A DNA stretch of 57,912 nucleotides, the filler included, from Dirinaria sp. TL-2023a (Eukaryota): assembly GCA_051941275.1 (NCBI GenBank). It is 6 parts of 6 records of this genome, joined end to end, with 100 filler letters (N's around TTAATTAATTAA, not from the genome) between each part and the next. Parts side by side here need not be neighbours in the genome. Positions count along the whole stretch, not along the records: positions 9,682 to 19,262 come from JAVEBF010001033.1; positions 19,363 to 28,935 come from JAVEBF010001034.1; 4 more parts are not named here. One strand, 5' to 3'. The notes under the pieces are model-generated. The model did not search any database. It was given only the letters and a program-made list of their open reading frames with translations, and was not told where the DNA came from. Numbering within the stretch: position 1 is the first letter of the stretch; the number at the start of each line of letters is the position of its first letter. The translations under genes and the position numbers were made by a program. This document shows positions 12,375 through 24,960 of the stretch, in pieces.

Positions 12375-14230
12375 TCATCCTTTCTCGATCGGCGGAACTA
12401 TCCCAATGACATCTGCTTCCTCTTCTTCATTAGCGTCAACGAGTCCATATCTTTTCGCCATCCTATCTATGTCCTCATCGGCCAAGAATGGTAGCTCTTT
12501 CGCCGCTCGCACGTAGCTCATGTTCTCGCAATAACCTTTCGCGAAGATGATATCGATTTCCTCCAAGCTTCTTCGCTTTGTCTCTGGGTAGAAGAAGTAG
12601 ATAATGGGAATGAAGCAGGCATTGACAATCGCGAAGAACAAGTAGGTGCCCCATCCGATGTTCGAAATCATGACCGGCGTAATCATGACGATGACTGAAA
12701 ATGTGAGTTCTATGTGCAGAGACGTGCCAGAAAAACAACATGAAGCGAGGCTTACGAAAGTTGAAGAGCCAATTCGAGCACGTGGACAGTGCATTGGCCT
12801 TTGCACGCGTCTTAATTGGGCTGATCTCGGCTGGATAAAGCTGAGGCCTTCTATTTAGCGGCGACCATGTCATTGTGATCAAGGAGCTCACCCAAGGAAG
12901 AGGCAGCCATGTAGCGCCAAAGCTCGCAATGTAAGTGAACAAACCAACCGCAGCGCCTTTTGCAGCGCTGGGTGTGTCAGGTATAAGGCACGCGAACACG
13001 AGGACCATACTGAGCCCTTGCCCGACCGTGCCCCAGAGATATAACTGCCTCCGCCCCGCACGCTCGATGATGAACCAGCTTACAGTGGCGAAGATTGCGT
13101 AGACGACCATGTTGACTCCACCAAGAAGAAGTGACATATTGTGTGATTGGCCAATGCTCGTCTGGAAAAGGATAGGAAAGTAGTAGATAACCTGCCACGT
13201 CTCAATCGATGGAGAGTTCAACCATAGGGTTAAGCGACCATACTTACGGCGTTGCACCCACCAACTTGTTGCATCAATTGAGAACTGACCCCTAGCATCA
13301 TCCGGCGGAAATGTTGAGTGCGACCGCCTGTGAAGACTGCTTTAAGTGGTGTCCCTTTCCTGCCAGCATATCCAGAGGCTTTGATGCTATCTAAAATTAT
13401 AGTTTTTTGGAGCTGCGTATCTCTATCGTCGATTTCCAAGCCTCTCAATGCCGCAATCACTGTGCTACCTTCTTCAAGTCTACCTCGTGTAAGAAGCCAT
13501 CTCGGCGATTCTGGCAGCCAGATCATGCCGAGGCAAAGAACCAAGGCAAAAACGATTTGGAAAGCAATGGGAAAGCGCCATGATAGATCCGCTGACCCGC
13601 TGTTCAATTTAATTGACTGACAGATTTGGCCTTGGAAAGGTGAGCACCTACTAACTTGAGCCATAGTCTATCCAGTAAGCGACGAGTGTACCAAACGCAA
13701 TGACACCACCTTCAATACATATGAGCAGTCCGCGGTTCGTCGTCTTCGAGCATTCCGCTTGGTAAGTGGGTATTGTCGAAGTATTGATACCATTTCCCAC
13801 ACCAGTAATGGTGCGACCGATAATGAATTGCGCAAGAGGCGTGGCTCCTCGTTCACTGGTAACTTGGATAATGACGCCTAAAATCATGATGGATCCACCT
13901 ATCATTATCGAGCGACGGCGACCCAGAAAGTCGCCGAAGGTGAGAATGGTAATTGCGCCCATAAGACATCCGATCTCGTATATTGCGGTGACGAAGCCTT
14001 GCATGGTCGAGTTGTCTTTTGTAGCCGGAAAAAGGTTGTTGAAAGGAGGCGCCGTGATGATGCCCGACATAACGCCTTGATCGTAGCCAAAGAGGACGAA
14101 ACCTAAAATTTCCGTGAGCATACTTTGTACAACGTACCCAGCGGGCTGCAGAGATACCGGTCGTCGCTACTGTAGAGACGGCCATGGAAAGCGGTCGCCC
14201 TGCGAGACCCATAAACTTTGGTGGGGCCAT
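12375..14230 (-). CDS. MFS sugar porter, STL1-like sugar/polyol:H+ symporter, multi-exon
   Basis: MAPPKFMGLAGRPL..FVLFGYDQGVMSG, GDFLGRRR, LPESPRWL, MQQVGGCNAVIYY, LYPAEISPIKTRAKA and YPETKRRSLEEID, spread over several intron-separated ORFs. Confidence 0.93.
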
Positions 14231-16484
14231 TGCGAACAGCAATAGTCCTGATTAACTGGAAGCCGACCCGAATGCCAAATATGAACGCGTGGGAGAATTG
14301 ACGGGAGAGCGCATTTGTAAACAAGCCAAGGAGTACAAAAAATCTTCGAGACGAGAAGCTCCGTGACTGCAGAGAACGCACATGGAGATAATAAAGATCT
14401 TCATCATCGTGCATAGAATGCAACGCTGGGCAAGCACAACCCATCATCAACGGTCAAATCCCGCGGACTAGACCCGACTCCCCCGGACAGCCTGGAGCAT
14501 GGGCACCGCGGTGAATTTGCCCAAGACGGTAAAGCATCATCGGCAATGAGCAGATGAAGCACTTTCATTTGCAGGATCTGGCGCAGAGAGGTTCGAGCTG
14601 CTGTACGGAGTATGTCGAATGCTCCCGCGGCTCCCAATCATCTGGCTGGGGGGAAGCAGGAAGCTTTTACGTCACAATGCAGTGAGCCGAGGCAATTGAT
14701 AAGGTTGAAGTGGGTTGTATGCAGCGTTGTCGAACGTGAGTCTAGAAACCCCAAAGACGTTAGAGATTCCATGCACGATGCAAACCTTCACGGATGACAT
14801 GCATGATCCAGGTATAGAACAATCCTGTCCCAAAAACCTCAACTCGGCTAGTGTTAATGCAGTGTGCTCGGGATGGAGTTCGATTGGCAGTGCTAGTGGA
14901 GGGGGAAGTCTAGTAGCTCGAAGAACCGAAAATTCGTGGATCCAAAATCAGATGGATTCGAAAAGTCATGGCGTTTAAATGAATGTTCTAGGGGAGCGCT
15001 ATAGATCGTTTCCAGGATGTCTTGCATCTGAACGACGTACTCTGGAAGAAGGGGAATTATTTCTGCTCACCGAAAACCTGAAAGGGCGATGTGCATCGTG
15101 GTGCAGCCGCCGTGTGCGGATTCATGCGGGAAACTCGATAGACATTGCCCAAAACCCTTAATGAAGCTTAACGCGATCGTGAAATCAGAGAAAGTACCGG
15201 GCGCTCGGACGAAAGCAAACTGCCGCATCAGACAGCGGCCACGAAAGAATCCAGAAGCAGAGAAGTGCCAAATGCAAGTCTGACAGGGCGGTCTGTTGCC
15301 CTGAGCCCGGGCGAACCTGTAGTTTCGACAAGCCGAGTACAGCAACCTCGAACAAGTTACTTTGGGTGGTAGATCTGCTAAACCGTTCACGGGATTTTGT
15401 CAGAGTGGTGGATATCTCCTCTGTCCTCGACAGAGGCAGGGGACAAATCTCGATGCGTGAACGGCTGCAGCCGGGCAAGCCTCGACCCGCCAATGAAACC
15501 ATTCGTCTATCACACGCCAACGCCCCGTTTGAAGTCTGATCCCGACAAACGGTATTGCAAAACCCTCGATTGCGTTAGTAGCCACTGCAGCAGGCATATT
15601 ATCTCGGTACTTCTGTAGTGTCGCTCAGTACGGTACTACGGAGTACCCTCGTACTCTAACTCAGATACGGGGGAATATTTCGCCTGTTCCGTGAGCTCGG
15701 ATGACCTTCGGTCCGATTGGCCAAAGCTCGGCTGTACATCGGTATAAAGCAGTGACAAGCCGATGTCTATCCGACGTCTTTCCGAGTTTGGAGATCCAAC
15801 AAAGATACCAGAAACCCTCCATAAGGAGTGAACACCAAGATCCACCTAATGTACAGGCAAAATGTCTTACGCTCGAACCAGATAAGTGTAAAGGTCGCTA
15901 AAAGCTGACAGCGACAAAAGCAGTCGTTTCCTCGCGCCACTGACTAGCATTGAAGATTCTTCTCGATTCAGGGTTGGTGAATTGTAGTTGTTGGGATTGA
16001 GGTTGTTCTTCCTAATCTGAAGAGGATAACAACCGGGGAAAGGATCGGAGAAGAATTATCCTGCTGAGTTTGAAGATCAGTGATACTCCAATGCGGAGAA
16101 GACATCAAGTCTGTGATATGTACATAATGAACACGTACGAGAGCAAAGGCGGCCGTGGGAAAGGAGTGCCCAGACTCGATGCAAGGCAGCAGAACACAAT
16201 CTTCAACAGCCTAAAAGCGCCTTACTGAAATGTGTCGTACGAGACATGAGCTGTGGTATCGAAAACTTTCGAAAATATCAGAAAGAGGCCATGAGAACAC
16301 TCGCACAAGCCAGAGTGTCTCCAGTCGCATTCTCCATGCTGCTCATTGGACCAATCCACTCTCTATCTGATGGATAGTCGGGAATCCCAGTGGCGGTTTC
16401 ATTCTCAACAACAAAAAGCAGAGTTAATTGGCAATCTCTGCATCCCAAGCCGCAGCGCATTAGAGGCTTTGCTGCTCAGTCTTG

Positions 16485-16958
16485 TCATGGTTCATTCGGT
16501 TGGCCGCAAGCACTATCAATGCTTGCAGTCAGCAACGTAGTTTCCACACCTTGGACACGCTTCTGTTAGCTTCTTTTAATTGTTGATTTCCGGCCCTGGA
16601 AAGGGAGCAGTTGCGCCTTGTTGAAAGAAACCATGTTCACAGGAAACGTAATGCATCCCGTCATCGCGCAAAGCAGTGGGAACGGCCTCGACGTGTCTGT
16701 ACGAGAACACACTCCCCTGGATGGGCTAGCGTAATCAAGCCATGTAGTTGTGCCCTGGCCTGCTGCGCCTGCCACCGCATCAGCACAGCAATATAATACG
16801 TGTTCGACAAGCGTTGTGTCGCCGAGAGTAAGTGTTTCAAGACAACTATATGTGGGACTCTGGGAATGACTGGCCGGAGTAGCGTCACTGGAGGGAAAAA
16901 AGGAGACGGAAGTAAAGACGAGGACAATGAATCGAGCGAGGACCACCTGGCTGATCAT
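16485..16958 (-). CDS. Putative small secreted cysteine-rich protein
   Basis: N-terminal hydrophobic signal-like MISQVVLARFIVLVFTSVSFFPSSDA, followed by C..CC..C..C..C. A GCTAACAG branch/acceptor at about 16563-16570 suggests a short last exon. Confidence 0.5.
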
Positions 16959-17426
16959 CTTTGAAGAGATAGTCGCTCGTACGAAGGAGACGTTTTGGTG
17001 TAGAAGTCTGGGTTTCAGTTTCAAAAGCAGCTGCAACAGAAAAAATGTTGTCGGCGTAGAAGACGCTTATATATGCGATACGACCTTTGCTCGATAGCTT
17101 TTGTGTCATTGGTTGAGTACGGCCGCACCGCTAGTAGGCCTTTTCAACTGGTAGTGATGAGTTCTCACCGAGTAGGATTGCCGCAACGAATTCGATGGTC
17201 ATCTCTGATTCGACGGCACCAGGAAGTTTCTGGTCAACTGCTAACATATTTAGCCACGCGGACCAGACTTCTATGGTGTTCAGGATGCATGAAAGTAACG
17301 CATGATGCTGACCCTAGTTCAGGAATAGATCAGCTGGCCGAAGTCGAAGCCTCAAATCTCCCATCAACCACGCTAATTTTGCTTACCGAGCGTCTCCGTA
17401 TACAATTTGGACTTTCAATCAAGGAC

Positions 17427-18719
17427 TCAGTCCAGGTGTCGAACCACTGGTCCATGCCCTTGAATGCAATCTTGAGGTCAGCTCACGCATTCACAGGAGG
17501 AAAGTCATGTTCAGCATTTACCGCGTTCACCGAGCCGCTGCTCTCTGAATACAGGGAAGTGTGTACCATGGTCTCTTCGGACTGTGGTACGATCCCCGCC
17601 AGCGTAGGCACCCGGTCTCTCTCCGTTTTTCTGCGTTACTTCCTTGCTTTCGCCCATATCTTTCTTCGTGCTTCTTCTTGCTGGCGAATCAGGTAGCGGA
17701 ACAGGAAGTCCTTTCTGCCTGTTCTCATTACACTGCCTCTTGTCCCCATGCTCGTCCAATGGCGCCGCAACTAGCTGCTCTAGGATACGCAGCAATTCCG
17801 GTTCGCCTTTTCTCTGCTCAGTCCATTCATTCCAAATATTCCACCACCAGCTATGAGTCTTCCCATCTCTGCCTAGATGTCCTCCAATGCCATCGCTACC
17901 CACCCGCCTCTCCCATGGCTTGTCCACGATATAGTGCAGTCCTCTAACCTCGTCGTCTCTCCAAATATTCGGATGCCAGTTTTCCATAGTTTTTAGTGCG
18001 TTATACTTCCATGGCAGTGCACGCCATCGATGTAGAAAGTATTGCGCGAGGAAGTCTTGATCGGGGAATTGGTAGGTTGACAATTCCTTTGAACACTCGA
18101 AATACTGCAGCATGGAAGACCAGAGATCAGCAGAAGGGTAATAGAGAAAAAGACCGCCGTTCATCAGGGTGTGCGTGTGGGGTGGCTCTTGGCTCGCAGG
18201 CACTGGTGTTGCTCCAATCAATGAGGCAGGGTGTGAGAGCGGAGTATACGGGCAATTAACTGCATTCCAATTGTCCGGTGCCCAGGAGTCGTGATCGAGA
18301 TTGCAGACACATGCTTGATTTGCCGCTATCCAGCCACTTCCCGGGATTTGGGTGTCAAAGACTTCGTCCATATTCTTATAGATCGTAATATCGGCGTCGA
18401 GAAAAACGCATGCATCATATGTGGTCAATTCGAATGCACGGAGTTTCGTCCACGTATCTTCAAAGCGAGCCGCGATCAGGGTGACGGGACCTGAGGGAAG
18501 CAGTGGCTCGACTGGGTGAACAGTGAGATCAGGATTGCTGTGAGCTTCAAGTTCGAGCGCATGCAGGCAAGATTCTGGCAGCGAGGGTGTGATGAGAACG
18601 ATCAATTGGTAGGCGGTAGCATGTTTGCGAAGGCTGAAAGCCAGTGTGATTACGCCTGGGAGGTAAGATGGGCGGGTCAGAAGGGTGACCCAAGCCCGCC
18701 TAGGAGCTTTGTGGGCCAT
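17427..18719 (-). CDS. Glycosyltransferase family 8 (glycogenin/galactinol-synthase-like)
   Basis: AWVTLLT..YLPG, TWTKL, VFLDAD (DxD), NGGLF, FPDQDFL, KYNAL and HYIVDKPW. Terminal intron at 17459-17521 gives the C-terminus ERGHGPVVRHLD. Confidence 0.9.
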
Positions 18720-18934
18720 TAAGCAGGACTAATGAATTTTCCAATGTTCTCACTTTCGTCCAAACACCAGCGACATTACCTTCATACAAGGATTAGCGTA
18801 GGGCGGTACCTAAAATTTGCATGGTCAGGTAAACCTGCTACATGAGGTGTTCAATGGTGAAAATGAAATCGAAGATGATGTCGTCATAATGAAAGATCCT
18901 TTCATAGGGCTGAAGATAAGATAACTCAGGCAAA

Positions 18935-19111
18935 GTAAGAGAATCGAGCATGGGTCATGCATAGAGGGAAAATTTTTCATGGTGACCAAGTCCCGAAACC
19001 CTAGGAAAATTCAGGGTTAGACGGCAGATCTAACGATCTGTGTGTGCGGGACTTCGAAATTTTTGTTTACTTTTCTCCCCTCTATGCATGACCCATGCTC
19101 GATTCTCTTAC
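18935..19111. mobile_element. MITE-like element, copy 1 (177 bp, 34-bp perfect TIRs)
   Basis: GTAAGAGAATCGAGCATGGGTCATGCATAGAGGG (18935-18968) is the exact reverse complement of 19078-19111. A homologous copy lies at 25436-25683. Confidence 0.8.
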
Positions 19112-19262
19112 ATAAAGTCATGTAAAGTACGGTTGGTAAAGTCAGGTAGGTAGGTAAAGTAGGTAGATAGCTACAGTAAGATTCTCTAGATCTCGAGGCT
19201 AAGTACGTGTAAAGTGTGTAGGTATTCCTGTCGACCCTTCAGGGCGTAATTCTATTACATAA

Positions 19263-19362
19263 NNNNNNNNNNNNNNNNNNNNNNNNNNNNNNNNNNNNNN
19301 NNNNNNTTAATTAATTAANNNNNNNNNNNNNNNNNNNNNNNNNNNNNNNNNNNNNNNNNNNN
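19263..19362. other. Artificial contig linker
   Basis: N44-TTAATTAATTAA-N44. Confidence 0.98.
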
Positions 19363-20157
19363 TTTGTAGTCTTTAGTAGTAACTAATCTCCAGCGTTGTT
19401 TTATCAGCTTCTTGTATTCGCAGCAGTAATGACGCGAGAGAGTTTTTTGAGACCGTTTACAAGAATCAGCAGATAGAGGTTTTCATGTTTCATGAGATAT
19501 TCATCTTGTCAATAGATACTCGACTGCCACTTTCTTCGATTTCTTCGCAGTTAGAGGTTTATATCGAATCATTTGCCTGTGACGATAAGTCGACTTAAGC
19601 GATTCTCTCTGTATTCGCATTCTATTCTTTAAAGTACTGTGTTGCGATTTTCATAAAATTCCCTGTCTGTTCTAGCAATGAATGGGCTTTTCTTAAAAGC
19701 TAGGCTCTCATTATGGAAAGAAATGATAATAGAAAAGGAATGGAAATACAGCTATCATCGCTAAGATTCTGAGAATGATTCATTTCTGCTCGATTCTTGA
19801 ATGCGCTCGAATGGTAGAAATAACATATTGCGTGCATACAGAGTCGACCAAGTTAAAAAGCCACCACGTTTCTTAAGCCTTGTCGGGGGGAGATCAAGTA
19901 TATACGGTAAGATAGCTGGCTGGTGTGGGGATCCCATGATGGGCCTTTCGACCTGAACTTTCTGACTCAACTGATTTGTATACACGAGTCCTTGAGGTCA
20001 AGGCCACATATGGTTTAGGTTGGGAGCATTTCTCCAAGAACAAAACAAGACCCTCATTCCGTCATCCCGCGCTGTGATCTCGATGCAGCTCACATACAAC
20101 AATTTAGATCAATATTCTCTCTTCAGCAATTGCCCTGGGCCTTCCATCTCATGAGGA

Positions 20158-22999
20158 TCATGTATGAATAAGGTAAGGCGAGTAGTGATCTTGTTCGTCG
20201 TCCGACTCAAGTTCGACCGCCGGACGTCGCTTTTGTCTTTGTTCAGCCGCAAAAGCGGCCTGCGCTTGCTTGGCTGAACAATATTGGCAGTAAAGCTTGT
20301 TATCATTCCCCCTTTGCCTACACTCCGTCGAAGATAAAGCTCGCGCACAGTATGAACATTCGCCTTCATCCAACGATGGCTTAACACCAGTGTCTCTCCA
20401 TTCTTTCCAACAGAAGATACAGATGTCTTCGTCATCGATAGCAATACTATCGTAGAATGCGGCTCCCCCAACAGTTCCACCTTCAGGTCCTACGGAAGCT
20501 GACATGCCTCCATGTGTCACGAGATTCTGGTCTTCCATTCTCTGTTCAATATTGTCCTCAGGTCGAGGTTGCATCTGCAAATATCGCTTTTTCTTTCTTT
20601 GATCATCTCCGCATACTTGCGCGGTCTGTGCTTTTGTCGACAGCATCGTCTGCACCACATTCTGAATACTTTCTGACTCCGTCCGCCTCGTTATGCAGCT
20701 AAGGATGCGCATCCAGTAAGGCTGTAATATGAGCAACCTGTGGTGCGAGCAATACGGGCAGACGTGACCCTGGCGACGGAGAACGAGTGAAAGATCCAAA
20801 TCTAGAGAATAGAGTTCAATTAAGGTTTCCTTCGTCCAACAAGAAAATTGGAGGGGACTTTCTTCCAGCGCTCGATCAACGATAGTTTCGATTTGGGCTC
20901 CCAAACCTTTGAATGCCTTCTGTAAACTCAGAAATGTGTTTGCACGATACATTGAAAGTGAGAACGGTGTCTCGTCTCGAGGACTATGCTGGGGATTGGA
21001 ACCCAACAAGTTGGCATTAGCTCCCAGGATCAGTAAAAAGCTAGGGTCCAGCCCATAGAAGATCGATTTATGAAGTGGACTGTATCCGTCTACGGTATCC
21101 CGAGCATCGATTCGCCTACCACAGAGCTGAACGAGACGACGCATGTGCTCTATCCGTTCATTGAAGAGACACCGGCACAACGTTAGATGCATCGCACTTT
21201 CAGTAATGGATTGCCAGAAGTCGGGTCCTAGCCTTTCGAGAGTCCATATAAAAACGTCTCCTGCCATGCCTTCCTCCATAATATCATCACAGTAGTCGCT
21301 TATAACGCAAAGAAGCGAGGAGCCAGTCGTCCAAAAATCATTATCCGTATGCAAAACGTCAACTAAGTCAATGAATAAACGCAGAGTGTCGATTATTCGG
21401 CCTGGAGTATATGGCATATTATTATCTGGTTTTTGATTGAATTGATTGAATGCGATCGCATAGAGAGGGTTCCTACTTGAACGTTCGTGAATACCCGGTC
21501 GTATCGGCAGATTTTACGACAGAAAGCTGCTTACCGTACATTGTAGTAAGGAAGATCAGCATCATCATAGATTCGGGAGTCTCTGTCAGCTCCATGTAGA
21601 ATGAGGAATTTACAAAGTTCCACGTGGCATGATCCAGCAGCAAACTACTCTTTTGTGTCAGGAGATGGTAAACGTAGTCAAAAAAACTATAAAGCAGCTC
21701 TTCTAAATCGGCAGGCAAATAGAATGAGCTGAAAATTGAAAAGAAGCGACTGAGCTTACATAAAGTGGTGTTCTCCCTTGTGAATCGACATCTTTTGCTG
21801 ATGCGTGCCCATCACTTAAGAGAGTCTGAACACGTCCAAAATTGCCTTCTTTACACAACATGAATATCTCAGCATCGTCGGGTACAGATCGAACAACATC
21901 AAGAGCGACCATTGGTCTCGAAAAGGGTGATTGGGATATACGGCCGGTTAGGCCGTAAGCCAGTCCAAGTTGAGCCAGCCACCAAGGAGGCATTAGCCTG
22001 AAAAGCGTTTCATATTCAAAGCGATCTTTTCCCTCATAGCCTGTATGGGTATTTGACTCTTTGTAGGAGAGCAGGCTAGTCTTGCTACTCGTGCGTAATG
22101 TACCAAAGAACGTTTCGTAAATCTGTTCATCTTGCTTCATCGCACGTCTCAAGGGTAAATTGATACTTGAACGAGTCAATTGTCTTAATCGATCGGATGT
22201 AACGCTCGAGTTCATGTAGGAATCTTCACTTGATGGCAAATGAGAGGCACTATCGAAGGTCGTCTGAGCATCATCCATAGGTCCGAGGGAATGAGCATCT
22301 TTACTTCTCGGATTAGGGGTATGATCAATGTCCTGGGCGCATGGGAGCACATGACTTCGAAGATTCGTGGGACTACGGGGTAGCTCTATTGCCTGATCTG
22401 AGAAGCGACTCAATCCTAGATCACCTATTTGACGCGAAAGAGCCTGTATGCCATGAGCGTGATCTTCGTATCGAAGACGGGACGATCGCCTGGGGCAGAC
22501 ATGGCACAAAGTCAGTATTGGGATTCAGAAGTAAAATATATCCATTCAACAGCCGCTCGTAAGGAGGTGTATTTTACCCAATGTCATTGATCAGTACTAG
22601 CATCAAAGTTGCCTTCAACCTGTCCAACGAGACCTGCACTCTCTCGATTTCTTCCCGTTTAAGAACCGCTCGAAGAGCGCTGAATATCCGTGTCCGGGTC
22701 CTCGAAGCAGTGAGACCGGCCTCAAAGCCAGCGGTTAGAGACTTAATGGTATCGATCTTTCCAGAGCACAGTCTCAATGCTGACAACGTCGATGCACCTG
22801 ACGGATAGTGCGGGGCTTCGTGACCAATCTGCTCCAGCAGTGTTCGGAGAAACTGAAGCTCCGACTTGATGTCGTTGATGTCCTCAGGAGCACGTTGAAT
22901 TGAGTCCCAAAACTTGGAGACTTTGTGGATACTCTCCGCTAGTTGAAATGCTAGGGAGGTTACGGCCATAACGCTAGCCACTGCCGAGAGACCCTCCAT
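20158..22999 (-). CDS. Fungal N-terminal (HeLo-like/STAND-N) domain protein with ankyrin repeats and Cys-rich C-terminus, 4 exons
   Basis: N-terminus MEGLSAVASVMAVTSLAFQLAESIHKVSKFWDSIQRAPEDINDIKSEL. Ankyrin motifs GRTPLY/FAAGSCHVELCKFLILHGAD and DGYSPLH..LLILGANAN. Introns at 22490-22577, 21645-21759 and 21473-21534 join the ORFs in frame. Confidence 0.8.
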
Positions 23000-23531
23000 C
23001 GTAAGGCTGACTACTTATATAGTTCCTTTCCATTGACACTCAGGGAGCTTCTGTAGAGGTAAACAGCAGCAGGAAAGGCCGTAGTCATTAGCTTTCAAAT
23101 GCGATTCATCTCACGGCGATCTTCTGGAAATTTACCGATGGTTTCAAGGTTCAACCACTTTTAGGCAGCAGGAGGGGTCTAAGCCGCCGATCGACGTCAA
23201 GTGCAGCTCAAGCCGAAGGCAGACAATACTCCAGCCATTCACTGCCCTGCTTCCTCGGCTGTGAACCCTTTCCTAACAAACACCAAAAAAAGTGGGAAAA
23301 AACGGCCATTCCCAACTTTTGTATAAAGAGAAGTCTGTCTTATATTCATTACACAAAGGGGGCTCATAGGCTCCCTCTCGCCACCGAAGAAGCTAAGATG
23401 ATCCAAGGTACAAAGTCATCCAGAGCTTTAGGTAAATGGAACCTGCAGACAGCCACGCTTCTTAGGAGCCACCGTGGAATAGGGCGAGATCCAGAGTCTC
23501 TCCTCCAGATTCGAGACCATCGCCGTCGAAA

Positions 23532-24548
23532 TCATCTTGACATCTTATTCAAAGCTTTCTGAACCTTTTTCTTCTTGGCTCTCAAAAACGACTGGGTCAG
23601 CTCCGTTGCCTTAGCACTGGGGATCCAGTGGTCTGGATTGTCGTGGCTGGTAAGGGCGAAATATTCGTCTCGGATGCTAACTAAAACCTTTTCATACTTG
23701 GCGGCCGTTTCTTCGTCCGAGATTACATTGATTAACTCCTTCAAATCTCGGCACAGTTGCTGGGCGAGGGGAGCCCAGCGGCATTCGGAGATGTGTTCGC
23801 GGACTTTATTGTGGAAAAGTTGATTTCGGGCTGCCCATTCGTCAATAAGCCATAGCATATGGCGTGAGTCGATGCCTAGCACGCTGCAAGCATCCCAGAC
23901 CTTTTTACGCAAGTTATTCGTGTCTACACTCTTCAAATCCTCCGCTATGTCTGTCCATTTGTAAGGCGCTCCTAGGTAAATATTTGCATCATAAGTTTTC
24001 GGCGTTACATCAGGTGATAATGCTGCTTGTTTCAAGTTTGCCCTTATCTCCTGGAGCTCCTGCCCTAGATAGTCGCCGTAATTGGCAAGCAGCTCCAAAC
24101 GTCGAAGTTTCACGTATACCATGAGATGCTGATGTTCATCGCTCGTGCGAGGGCGGAATAAGAAGGCGGTGCAGCAGTAAGCCTCATCCATAGCTTTTAC
24201 CACGAATTGCGACGCTTCGGGAGTGGTGGTACACTCCAAGGCTGCTTTATAAGCATCCTTATATAAATTCAGGAACTCCTAGGTACGAGGGGTGATGTTT
24301 CGCTTGCTTATATGAGTAATGTATGCTAAGCCATGCTTTAGGCGTTCTTCATTGTACTTGGAGAGGTCCTCCTCCGGTCGTGGGGGTTCCTCAACCACGT
24401 TTTCACTGTATTCTGGTAACAGGGAAAGAGTCTCCGCTCTAGCCCGCTTTACCGGGCGGCCATTATGATCTTCACCGTCTCTCTCAGCCACTCGCTTTTT
24501 GATTTCGATGCCGCGGTCGTTAGGTATAGTGTCCAGGTAAGGATCCAT
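23532..24548 (-). pseudogene. 338-codon hypothetical gene with RNxxxH motif, interrupted by a single in-frame TAG
   Basis: ORFs 24279-24548 and 23532-24239 are in the same frame. The intervening sequence reads PRT*EFLNLYKDAYKAAL with only one stop (24279-24281). Confidence 0.7.
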
Positions 24549-24960
24549 CGAGAATTCACTTGAACCTCAAAAGAGCGCCAGTTTCATCACGCAAGAGAGG
24601 CCGAAGTGAAAAAGATAGACGCAGCAGAGTTCCACAGAAACAATCTAAATCGAGATTGCTGGGTGTAGCGGTGGGTATTCTACAGGTGAGACTTTGCTGC
24701 TTTCCTGTCAGATGCAGAGATTCGCTCATAGGGGACTGCCCCTACCTTTGGCGGCTGTAGGCAACGACTTTCTCCTTGGTGATCTGAGCTGCTCAAAGAA
24801 TGGTGGGACTGTACTTTTCTAGAAATCGGTCACTTCAAGGTCTAGGAAATGATCGAAAGCTTGATGTACAGCTGAATCAATTGTGATGCTCAGTCGGTGT
24901 AAAAAGGGAGAAAAGGAAATAAGTCATTTCGAGTCATCTCGACCACTGGTGCTGACTAAT

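Noticed and set aside
14250..16460. Many short ORFs upstream of the sugar transporter
   Set aside because: No protein-like features; most likely a long regulatory region.
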